Virus record (IMG/VR): IMGVR_UViG_3300028800_000003
Span: 1 to 64,000 of that record
Source: a virus
Direction: 5' to 3' (one strand)
Length of the DNA stretch: 64,000 nucleotides
Shown here piece after piece: positions 56,425 through 64,000 of the stretch (positions within the stretch are counted from its first letter, which is position 1; every line of letters starts with the position of its first letter). Both the position numbers and the translations under genes were made by a program. The notes below the pieces were generated by a model that made no database searches, was not told where the DNA came from, and saw nothing but the letters and a program-made list of their open reading frames with translations.

Positions 56425-56753
56425 CCCGCCGCACGACCGAACGTCTGATCGATCTCCTGGAGACCGTCAACGCCACGGCGATCGACAACGACGGCGGCAA
56501 GCCCGGTGAATTTCTCGCCGCGCTCTGCCGCGAGGCAGCGCAGCGTCTGCGCGATCTGCAAAAAGGGCAACGTTTCACGACGGCGCAAGACCGGCACGTT
56601 GCCGAACTTGCTGCTCACGTCGAGGAATTGGGTCCGCCGCTGCGTAGCTTCGACGACACATTCAGCGCGACGACCGTCATCATGGACAAATTCTTCCCGC
56701 GCCGCAACGACGATGGCATGCCGATCATCAACGAAGGCGATCACGGCTGTTGA
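56421..56753 (+). CDS. Hypothetical protein
   Basis: ATGA-coupled. Confidence 0.55.
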   Translation: MTRRTTERLIDLLETVNATAIDNDGGKPGEFLAALCREAAQRLRDLQKGQRFTTAQDRHVAELAAHVEELGPPLRSFDDTFSATTVIMDKFFPRRNDDGMPIINEGDHGC

Positions 56754-56917
56754 TCTACGGAAGGTAGCATAGACCAGGTTTTAATGCAGGTGCAGTGTAT
56801 TCCAGTAGGCGAGTGTTTGCCGTCAGCATAGCGGGCATTCTGTAAAGCGGGACGCCGCGAGCCGAAAAGTAAGCTGCACGTCGAAGAATGGTTCAAGCCC
56901 ATTCCCTTCCACCGAAC

Positions 56918-56960
56918 AAAAAAGAGCCGCCCCAGGGAATCCCCGAGGCGGCTTTTTTGT
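56918..56960. terminator. Bidirectional intrinsic terminator
   Basis: AAAAAAGAGCCGCC...GGCGGCTTTTT. Confidence 0.7.
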
Positions 56961-57190
56961 CAGATTGTCGCACCCGAAAAGCGCGATGAATTGCGAACTT
57001 GTTGCCGCCGACTTTATTTGCTCGACCAGAGAAACACGCATGACATCGTGTCAAGGTTTTGCGATCTGATAACGGTTGCTGCGATGTCACGCGGACTTGC
57101 GCGCCGAAAACCGACCCGTTTCGCCAATTCCAGATAGTGCGATGATTATATTAGCAGCATCAACCCCTATCAAAGGAGCAAACAAACAAG

Positions 57191-57892
57191 ATGCTGCACG
57201 ATCCTATCGTCGACGTGACTCACACGGTCTATTGCGGGCCGAAAGCGATTGCAATTCTGACCGGCGTTCCGGTGTCACGCATAGAGAAGATGTTGCGGCG
57301 CTGCCGTTCCGACAAGGGACGCGATAGCCGCGGCAGAAAGATACCGATCCGCGGCACATATAGTAGCCAAGTAGTCAAGGTCTTGCGCCGGCTCGGATGC
57401 AAGGTGGAGGAGATAAGTCACTGCGAGCCGACGTTGGGCCGCTTCATCACCGACACCAATACATTCAAGGCGCCATGTCTGGTGATGACGCGGAATCATT
57501 TCACGGTGACATTCGATGGCAAGTGTTACGATCACTACGCCGGCAAGCCGACGGTGCGCGTGGTGAGAGGATGGCGAGTAGAAGCCCCGGCGACGCCGAA
57601 ATTCACCTGCGGAGCACCGGCACCAGCGAGGAAGCCTAAGCCCGCGCGTGATCTGCGGGCCGAGCGCCACGCCAAGGTGATGGCCAGGATCAAGAGACTG
57701 GAGACCAAGATTAAGCGCGCCACCACGGCGCTGAAAAAGGCCCAACGACAGGCGCGCTACTATCAGCGCGTCAGTCGCAGCCCCGACCAATCAGACCGTA
57801 GTCAACCTCGCTCGGATCGGAATACACCTCCCAGTGCCGCCATCCTTTCGGGCACCAGAATCCCCAGTCACGAGTCTTCGGTCCCAGCATGA
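57191..57892 (+). CDS. Hypothetical basic protein
   Basis: ACCCCTATC..GGAGCAAA leader; YCGP.AIA.LTG and NHF motifs; the 3' end overlaps a convergent gene. Confidence 0.65.
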   Translation: MLHDPIVDVTHTVYCGPKAIAILTGVPVSRIEKMLRRCRSDKGRDSRGRKIPIRGTYSSQVVKVLRRLGCKVEEISHCEPTLGRFITDTNTFKAPCLVMTRNHFTVTFDGKCYDHYAGKPTVRVVRGWRVEAPATPKFTCGAPAPARKPKPARDLRAERHAKVMARIKRLETKIKRATTALKKAQRQARYYQRVSRSPDQSDRSQPRSDRNTPPSAAILSGTRIPSHESSVPA

Positions 57893-58289
57893 ACAGCGTG
57901 AGCGCTGTCGGCGTCACCAGCTCGATGCGATGCGAGAATTTGGCCGATCGGAAGACGACATCACCGGCGCGGATCATCCGCACGCTGTGTTGCTCCTTGT
58001 CGCGCGGATCGAAGCCGTTCTGCGCATAGACCTCGCGGTAGACGCCGTCGAGAATCAGCGACATCGAGGCTCGCGGATGATCGTGCAAGGCGCGATCATC
58101 GTCGTCATTCTTGAACAGATGGATATAGGCGTTGGGCAATAGCTTCGCCCGCGGCATCGTGATCCAACGCAGCATGTAGGGAGCTTCGCGTGGCCCGATG
58201 ATGTTGTCAGGCTCACGCGATTCGATGACACGCATGGCGCGCTTGCGGATTGGATCGAACACCGCCTTCGGCAGATGAACGATCGGCAT
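57771..58289 (-). CDS. Cupin-like conserved phage protein
   Basis: Y.RW, N.YIH.F...DDDRALHDHP, HRIEL, WGFWC..GWRHW. Confidence 0.8.
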   Translation of the reverse strand: MPIVHLPKAVFDPIRKRAMRVIESREPDNIIGPREAPYMLRWITMPRAKLLPNAYIHLFKNDDDDRALHDHPRASMSLILDGVYREVYAQNGFDPRDKEQHSVRMIRAGDVVFRSAKFSHRIELVTPTALTLFMLGPKTRDWGFWCPKGWRHWEVYSDPSEVDYGLIGRGCD

Positions 58290-58795
58290 CAGGCGGCCTC
58301 CAGATAGTCGGCCGCAACACGTAGGATAGACGGATCGTCCTTGGCGTGACCGAGAATGGCATTACAGTTATGGCAAAGCAAACCGCGCACAGCCTTTGTC
58401 TTGTGGCAGTGATCAACGAAAAGACTGATGTGCTTTGAATTACCGATAGGCGATGGACAGATGGCGCAGTGGCCGCCCTGCTTTTTCAAAAGCGCCTGAT
58501 AGTCTTCGATGGTGAGGCCGTATCTCGCCAAATTACCCGACCGGACAAGCGCCGGATTGGCGGCATACCGCTTGCGCATGTATGAGGCATGCTGAGCCAG
58601 TTGTTCTGGCGTTCGCTTCGCCTTCTTCACCGCAGGATTGCGCTCGACGTATGAACGTCGACACTCGCGCGAACATTCGACGCACTGGCGACTTTGAACG
58701 AAGCGAGCTGCAAGATGGCCTTGTAGGCATGGCCGCCCCGTGCAGTATTGCTTCAAGCCGCGTGACAATGCGTCCTTGCGGGACACAACATTCAT
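58289..58795 (-). CDS. Endonuclease VII-type homing endonuclease
   Basis: Y.TG.PC..GH, YGLT..DY, CAIC, VDHCH....VRGLLCHNCN..LG. Confidence 0.9.
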   Translation of the reverse strand: MNVVSRKDALSRGLKQYCTGRPCLQGHLAARFVQSRQCVECSRECRRSYVERNPAVKKAKRTPEQLAQHASYMRKRYAANPALVRSGNLARYGLTIEDYQALLKKQGGHCAICPSPIGNSKHISLFVDHCHKTKAVRGLLCHNCNAILGHAKDDPSILRVAADYLEAA

Positions 58796-58796
58796 C

Positions 58797-60128
58797 CTAC
58801 GCTGCCTCTTTGAACTCGGTGGCTTTGCGGGCCGCCGACGGGATGTTGATGCGGAGACGGCCAATCTCCCCTTCCTCGCGGTGAATTGTGATCGATGAAA
58901 GCGATTTTCCAGATGTGTAGCCAGACGCCTCGTGATGCGCGTCATTGGCCGCGAGCGTCTGGAACGACTCGACCCGCACGTCACCGATCTCCTTTACGGA
59001 CTCGTGGTGAATGTGCCCGAAATAGAAATAGTGATAGGCAGTGGAGCCCCAATCTTCGCGAGCACGCACCGCCATCGCCATCGCCATATCCTGCGGTTTG
59101 CAGCGGTAGCCATGCGTGGCGCCGATCAGTGTGTTGCCGAACCGATGGAAAAAGAATTCGGACGGCGAGCCCCACACCTTGACGCGCGGATTGTTGGCGT
59201 AGGCTTCGATCAGCGCGACATCGAGGGCGATGCTGGAATGCGGGTCGTGGTTGCCGGGAATGTTCACGACCAGCACGTCATGATGCTTCTGGAGCGCCAG
59301 ATCGACGATGTTCTTCATCAACTGGACGCCGGCCACCAAAATCTTTCGATAGCGGCTATCGACATCGAGCTTATTCTTGTGGCCTGGAGTGAGGTTGGTG
59401 CTGTCGTCTGTGTGCTGCCAGTCGCCGAGGTTGAGAACGATGGCCTGACGGCTATGTGGAGCCTGGGAGACCATACGGCTGGCGCACGCCATGAGGCGCT
59501 GTTTGCCGATCTCCAGGTCGTAGGGTTCGCCAGTTTCCTTGCCCCAAGCGAGCAAGCCATTGTGCTGGTCGGCAATCGGGTACACCGAGAGCAGGTCAAC
59601 ATCAGTCAGGTGTGGCGGATGGATTAATGGAACCGGGGCGATTTCGTCCTTAAAGACCTCCTTGATGGCCTCTACCAGGAAACGATTCTCATCGTCCTTG
59701 GTCCGAATCCAGGCCTGTTTGAGAATGCCCTCCGGCGTGATGTGGTAGGTGCCCTTGCCGAGCACCTTGCCCTTGGGCATCTCGAAGACAACGCCCTCGC
59801 CTTCGTCCGGCGAATTGATCTGGGATACCGTTTGCGCCGTGACGTTGCCGCTGCCGTCGGTCGTGGTCGAGGTCTTGTTGATGACGAAGCCGGGCAGCAC
59901 CGGTTTGAAGCCAAGCAGTCCGCGTTCGGCCGCGGCGTACAGTCGGCGCCGGAAGCTGGTCTTGGCCATGTTGTTGAGGGAGCGGGCAGCCGCGGCCTTG
60001 TTCTGGCCGTTTGCCTCGTAAGCGGCGGCGACGGCTTTAAGGTCGTCGTCGGAAAAGGATTCACCTTGCAATGGCTTAACTCCGTGGGGGCAGATAGGGG
60101 TCGCGGGTATTTTCTGTTTGACCCGCAC
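58797..60128 (-). CDS. Calcineurin-like metallophosphoesterase with an N-terminal HTH
   Basis: ADQH.G, LGDWQH, PGNHD, THG, GHIHH. Confidence 0.85.
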   Translation of the reverse strand: MRVKQKIPATPICPHGVKPLQGESFSDDDLKAVAAAYEANGQNKAAAARSLNNMAKTSFRRRLYAAAERGLLGFKPVLPGFVINKTSTTTDGSGNVTAQTVSQINSPDEGEGVVFEMPKGKVLGKGTYHITPEGILKQAWIRTKDDENRFLVEAIKEVFKDEIAPVPLIHPPHLTDVDLLSVYPIADQHNGLLAWGKETGEPYDLEIGKQRLMACASRMVSQAPHSRQAIVLNLGDWQHTDDSTNLTPGHKNKLDVDSRYRKILVAGVQLMKNIVDLALQKHHDVLVVNIPGNHDPHSSIALDVALIEAYANNPRVKVWGSPSEFFFHRFGNTLIGATHGYRCKPQDMAMAMAVRAREDWGSTAYHYFYFGHIHHESVKEIGDVRVESFQTLAANDAHHEASGYTSGKSLSSITIHREEGEIGRLRINIPSAARKATEFKEAA

Positions 60129-60162
60129 ATAACCGCATGATAGCCGTTCCCGTCAAGCGATT

Positions 60163-60510
60163 TTAATTCAGGGTGTCATCCTTTCTGACGCGGTGGATCA
60201 GCTCGCCGAATAGCTGCTGGATCGACACCGTCATCTGGCTCATTTCCTTGCTGATCTGAGCCATGATCTGGTTGAGAGATTCGGTGAGGCGCTTCTCGAC
60301 CTCCTGCACCGCTTTGATGGTGGCATAGCTTTGCGCCACCTCGATGCGGTGATCTTGAATTGAGGAACGCAGTTCGTTGATGGCGGTGGCCTGCTGGCTC
60401 TGTTGGCGGATCACATAGCCAACGATGGCGAGAGCGATCATGCCGCCAACGCCAATGAGCGAGCCGAATTCAGTCCAGGTGACGGAGGAGGGGTCAAGCA
60501 TCTTGGTCAT
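60163..60510 (-). CDS. Membrane protein, putative holin or lysis accessory
   Basis: One TM helix plus coiled coil, downstream of the endolysin. Confidence 0.55.
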   Translation of the reverse strand: MTKMLDPSSVTWTEFGSLIGVGGMIALAIVGYVIRQQSQQATAINELRSSIQDHRIEVAQSYATIKAVQEVEKRLTESLNQIMAQISKEMSQMTVSIQQLFGELIHRVRKDDTLN

Positions 60511-60606
60511 CCAAACAAATAAAAAAATTGATCGTTGGCGGCGCCCGTTGCCAGGCTGCCGCCGACGACCGTCCCCGCGGCGGATCACGCCACGCAAATT
60601 AAAAGA

Positions 60607-61485
60607 TTACGCTGCCAGTCCGTAGCGCGGCTTGTAGGAATCAAGCCGCGGCACCAAGGTCTCGCCTCCTGATGGCGCTTCCTGTTTGGCACTGAAATTC
60701 GCCTGATAGCGACGACGCGCGCTGTAGACACAGAATCCGATTGCACCGGCTGCGACCACGCCGGCAGCAACAGCCGCAATGGGCGACACCCCGCCGTGAA
60801 CCGAAATGGCGTCTGCCGTAGCGACCAGAATACCTGAGCCGATGGCACCGTCATGACCAGGAGGCGGAAGGATGCCCTTGCCGCGAGGTGCGGCCGCGGT
60901 CGGCGGCGTAAAGGCACGGAACGGCATCGTAGGCACAGGCGCATTGCGCTTGGCGGCCCCAGCCAATTCCAGCGAGAACGATCGCACCTCCTTGACGCGC
61001 GTTGTCCAACCGGCGCCGAATTCGCGCCAGGTGTTGAGACCGCGCAGGAAATGGATGCGCTCGTTGTTGATGGCGTTGACCATCTGGAACGGATCGCGCT
61101 TGGCCAGCGCATCGAGCACGTCTGGCGTAATGCGCCAGGTGTCGTCTGTCATGCCAAGGACGCGCCGCAAGGTCTTGCCAGAACGTCCGATGCCGCTGTT
61201 GAGTCCATAATCAAACACGGTGTCGTCGACACCTGCCGGCAACGCATCGCAATCGAGAATGTCCCAGTATTTGAACTTGATCACTTTCTCCGCAAACGCC
61301 ATCGGCATCGCGCGCATATCATGCACGCTCGGATTGGCAACCCAGCCGAGTTCCTTACCATAGCGTCGCGCATCGGCGATCGTGATGCCGTAGTTGGTAG
61401 GGCCGCCCGGATCGCGAGGGTTGTTGGTGAAGCCGCCTTCGTGAACAAGCGCGCGGGATTCGCACGCGGCGTAATCATTCAGCAT
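60607..61485 (-). CDS. Endolysin, glycoside hydrolase family 108 with PG-binding domain
   Basis: HEGGF.N.P.DPGG.TNYGIT, YW, FD.G.NSG, FGAGW..RV. Confidence 0.93.
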   Translation of the reverse strand: MLNDYAACESRALVHEGGFTNNPRDPGGPTNYGITIADARRYGKELGWVANPSVHDMRAMPMAFAEKVIKFKYWDILDCDALPAGVDDTVFDYGLNSGIGRSGKTLRRVLGMTDDTWRITPDVLDALAKRDPFQMVNAINNERIHFLRGLNTWREFGAGWTTRVKEVRSFSLELAGAAKRNAPVPTMPFRAFTPPTAAAPRGKGILPPPGHDGAIGSGILVATADAISVHGGVSPIAAVAAGVVAAGAIGFCVYSARRRYQANFSAKQEAPSGGETLVPRLDSYKPRYGLAA

Positions 61486-61536
61486 GACAAAGGTCCCTTC
61501 GACAATACGGGTATTGCGCGGTTAACGCGCGAATGG

Positions 61537-62658
61537 TCAAGCGGCCATTGGATAGTTCCGCTTCAACCAGTCGAGATCGGTTCGATCAGATCGCGGGGTG
61601 TACCAGCGCTTTCCGGTCTGAGCATCAGCCACGGATTGGAAATACTCCTCGTACATCGCGCCAACGCGCTCCAAGGAGAAATTCGACGCCGCCCAGTCGC
61701 GACAAGCGCGCCGATCAATCTTATGGATGTTCTGCGCCGCCCAGACGAATTGCTCGAATGTTCGACACCGATAGCCGGTCACGCCATGCAACACGTTCTC
61801 GGCGAATGCGCCCCAATCGGTGGTGATCACCGGAGTTCCAGACAGCATCGCCTCGACCGAAACGCCGCAGAACGGCTCGACGAACATCGACGGCGTCAAC
61901 ACGGCGCGCGCGTTCGATAGAATCTCGCGGCGCTTCTCGACGCCAACGAATCCGACCAATTGCGCCGGCGCATGGGCATTGTTCACTGTGCCAGGTCCAG
62001 CCATGACCAGTGGCAACCCGACTTCCTTGGCGATCTGCATGGCGATGTAGTCGCCCTTGCCTTCGCCGCCGATCGAACGCACGCCGAGGAACGCAAGGTA
62101 TCCGCCTGGATTATCGTTGAAGGTGAAATCGGCGAGGTCGTAATAGTTCGGGATCACCGCATCGTACCACCAGGCATTCCCTTGCGCGGTGCCAACGCCC
62201 TGCGTGCCGCGATAGGCGTGCAGCAGCGCGTAGGACTCAAACACCTTGTAGGGCGCAAAGTATCCGCCCGGATAGCCGATGCCGGACTCGACCACGATCA
62301 GGCCTGGACACTCATCAGCAATCGACTTGTGCGAGGCCCAGGCGCACAACAAGAAATCGCCCGGCTGTTTTCGCGCGTTGATTGCCTCGACGGTGTTGTG
62401 GTGAAAATTGCCATAGACGGCGCTGTTCACGTCGAACTTGCCGGAGGTCTCCGGTGGCCCGATGTCGGCCGCATCAGTCACCGTGACATGCTCGGTGCAG
62501 ACCACATCCGATAGCTCATTGCCATAATGGATGACCTTGTGGCCACGCTCGGTCAACATCTTGCAAAGGTTGAGAACCTTCTGGGTGAATGCGCAGCACA
62601 GATAGTCCTTGTTGGTCGCGGTGTGCGGAATTCCTGGAATGTGAAACGTAAAAGACAT
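61537..62658 (-). CDS. GT4 (GT-B) glycosyltransferase
   Basis: PS.FVEPFCGVSVEAMLSGTPVITTDWGAF.E.V.HG.TG. Confidence 0.9.
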   Translation of the reverse strand: MSFTFHIPGIPHTATNKDYLCCAFTQKVLNLCKMLTERGHKVIHYGNELSDVVCTEHVTVTDAADIGPPETSGKFDVNSAVYGNFHHNTVEAINARKQPGDFLLCAWASHKSIADECPGLIVVESGIGYPGGYFAPYKVFESYALLHAYRGTQGVGTAQGNAWWYDAVIPNYYDLADFTFNDNPGGYLAFLGVRSIGGEGKGDYIAMQIAKEVGLPLVMAGPGTVNNAHAPAQLVGFVGVEKRREILSNARAVLTPSMFVEPFCGVSVEAMLSGTPVITTDWGAFAENVLHGVTGYRCRTFEQFVWAAQNIHKIDRRACRDWAASNFSLERVGAMYEEYFQSVADAQTGKRWYTPRSDRTDLDWLKRNYPMAA

Positions 62659-62682
62659 GACCTCGAAATTACTCCTGAAAAA

Positions 62683-62708
62683 TAAAAGGCTGCCCGAAGG
62701 GCAGCCAG
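62683..62708 (-). terminator. Intrinsic terminator after the tail fibre gene
   Basis: GGCTGCC-GAA-GGCAGCC hairpin with a T-rich tail on the minus strand. Confidence 0.7.
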
Positions 62709-62736
62709 ACGTTTTGCAAAAAGAAGAACGTCGTCA

Positions 62737-64000
62737 TTATCCTCTAGTTACGCCCTGCAAGCCGGCATTGTTAAGGGTCAATGTCCCGCTGCCGCTCACA
62801 GCGCCTCCGATGGCTCCATAACTGTTGAGTCCTTCGGGAGGCTGATACCAGGCGACAATGTTCAACGGAGAAAAAGCTGCGCCTGCTGGATTGGTTCCCG
62901 GACCATACACGTAGTTTGATCCGCTCAGAGAAGTCGTGCCATCCACGCCTATAGCGTAGTAAGCATAACTTCCCGTAGTCTCACCTTGACCATTCAAGCT
63001 GACATCAACTGTTTCATCCCCCCAACACAATATGTAGATCAAGTTGGAGCTAAGCGATACAATGCTGGGGCTGGTTGTGTTGACGTTTCCGATGCCTTGA
63101 ACGCAGATTTTCTTCCGTCGATTAAACCAAGACAGAAGACCAATCATATTTGCGCCACTGTCAACAAACGCGTTGCCGCTAACATAGACCATGCCGACCA
63201 CAGTGTCGTTTGGTTGCGGCACGGTCCCACCGGAGTTCCAAATAACCTCGGTGCCAATATTGCCAGTCGTTGTGTCAGGCCCGTGACTGTACCATCCAGC
63301 GGCAATGGCTTCCCAATATTTCAAGATGCCGGCAGACGACACGCTAACCAGATACGTTGTGTTGTTGGCTAGAGTCTGTCCTGCTGTGCCGTTCACGGTC
63401 ACACCAGAAATGCCGGCAGAAATTCCTGCCGCTGGTATCTGATAGACAGAGCCGTTAATTCTCACGACGTTGCCATTGTAAGGAATAAATCTGATGGTCG
63501 TTGAATTAACGTAGATCAATCTTCCGCAAGCAAAGGACGGACCTGCTGCGCCAGTAGCGCCGACCGCGCCGGTCAAACCTGTTGCGCCAGTTGCACCAAG
63601 AGTTCCGGTTGGACCCGTTGCGCCCTGTGATCCAGTGGCGCCAGTCGCACCCTGTCCTCCTGTGACTCCTGTTGATCCGGTCGCACCTTGGCCACCTGTG
63701 ACGCCAGTGGCTCCGGTCGAACCCTGTGCGCCAGATAAACCGGTCGCACCTGTCGCGCCAGGAAAGATAAAGGAGAAAAGACATAGGTCGTTATTCTGGA
63801 ATCCTCCACTCAATGCATCCGAGTGGAAAACGACAGGAACAGAAACCCATCCTGAGTTACCGGTTGGCGATCCAGAAACGCTAAATGTAGCCGCATTTGT
63901 GGATTGGGTAAGGTCTCCGATTTCAATCGCCGTTCCTGTTGTGAGAAGCAATAGTGCGCTTGCCCACAACGTGCCCCCATAAAGTGCGGAGCTGAAAGCA
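62737..64000 (-). CDS. Collagen-like tail fibre protein, 5' end outside the window
   Basis: (GAT/GST/GPT)n Gly-X-Y run followed by a beta-rich C-terminal domain; lower GC. Confidence 0.8.
   Translation of the reverse strand, partial: AFSSALYGGTLWASALLLLTTGTAIEIGDLTQSTNAATFSVSGSPTGNSGWVSVPVVFHSDALSGGFQNNDLCLFSFIFPGATGATGLSGAQGSTGATGVTGGQGATGSTGVTGGQGATGATGSQGATGPTGTLGATGATGLTGAVGATGAAGPSFACGRLIYVNSTTIRFIPYNGNVVRINGSVYQIPAAGISAGISGVTVNGTAGQTLANNTTYLVSVSSAGILKYWEAIAAGWYSHGPDTTTGNIGTEVIWNSGGTVPQPNDTVVGMVYVSGNAFVDSGANMIGLLSWFNRRKKICVQGIGNVNTTSPSIVSLSSNLIYILCWGDETVDVSLNGQGETTGSYAYYAIGVDGTTSLSGSNYVYGPGTNPAGAAFSPLNIVAWYQPPEGLNSYGAIGGAVSGSGTLTLNNAGLQGVTRG

Noticed and set aside
63540-63760. Tandem 9/27-bp repeats
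   Set aside because: Explained by the collagen Gly-X-Y coding sequence.

Overview
The whole window is part of a temperate, tailed dsDNA phage genome. It is GC-rich and probably infects an alphaproteobacterium of the Rhizobiales type, judging from a GcrA-like gene, CTTGAC-N17-CATATA promoters and an attP core matching tRNA-Val(CAC). Layout: 1-12.3 kb (- strand) holds the terminase subunits, NADAR, MazG-like, Nudix and HNH genes. 12.6-24.3 kb (+) is an early region of small ORFs with a Ycf46-like AAA module. 24.4-32.2 kb (-) is the replication operon (SSB, helicase, primase, initiator with iterons, MT-A70, dNMP kinase). A CI-like repressor follows at 32.6 kb. 34-54.9 kb (+) carries recombination and accessory genes (Gp157, Bet, RNA ligase, ExoX, ProQ, a serralysin-like protein, an HD hydrolase, RtcB, GcrA, DnaQ), then the integrase and attP. 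57.8-64 kb (-) holds lysis, glycosyltransferase and collagen-like tail fibre genes. The standout feature is at 40.6-42.4 kb: a nuclease-less IS110/Nop-domain gene (Tas-like) whose own reading frame contains six ~65-nt hairpin units, four at the 5' end and two at the 3' end. Each unit is built as outer stem / YCR-N9-TG / inner hairpin / CCA-N9-TR / outer stem, the architecture of a TIGR-like dual-spacer guide-RNA array. All protein calls come from motif recognition by eye; no database searches were run.
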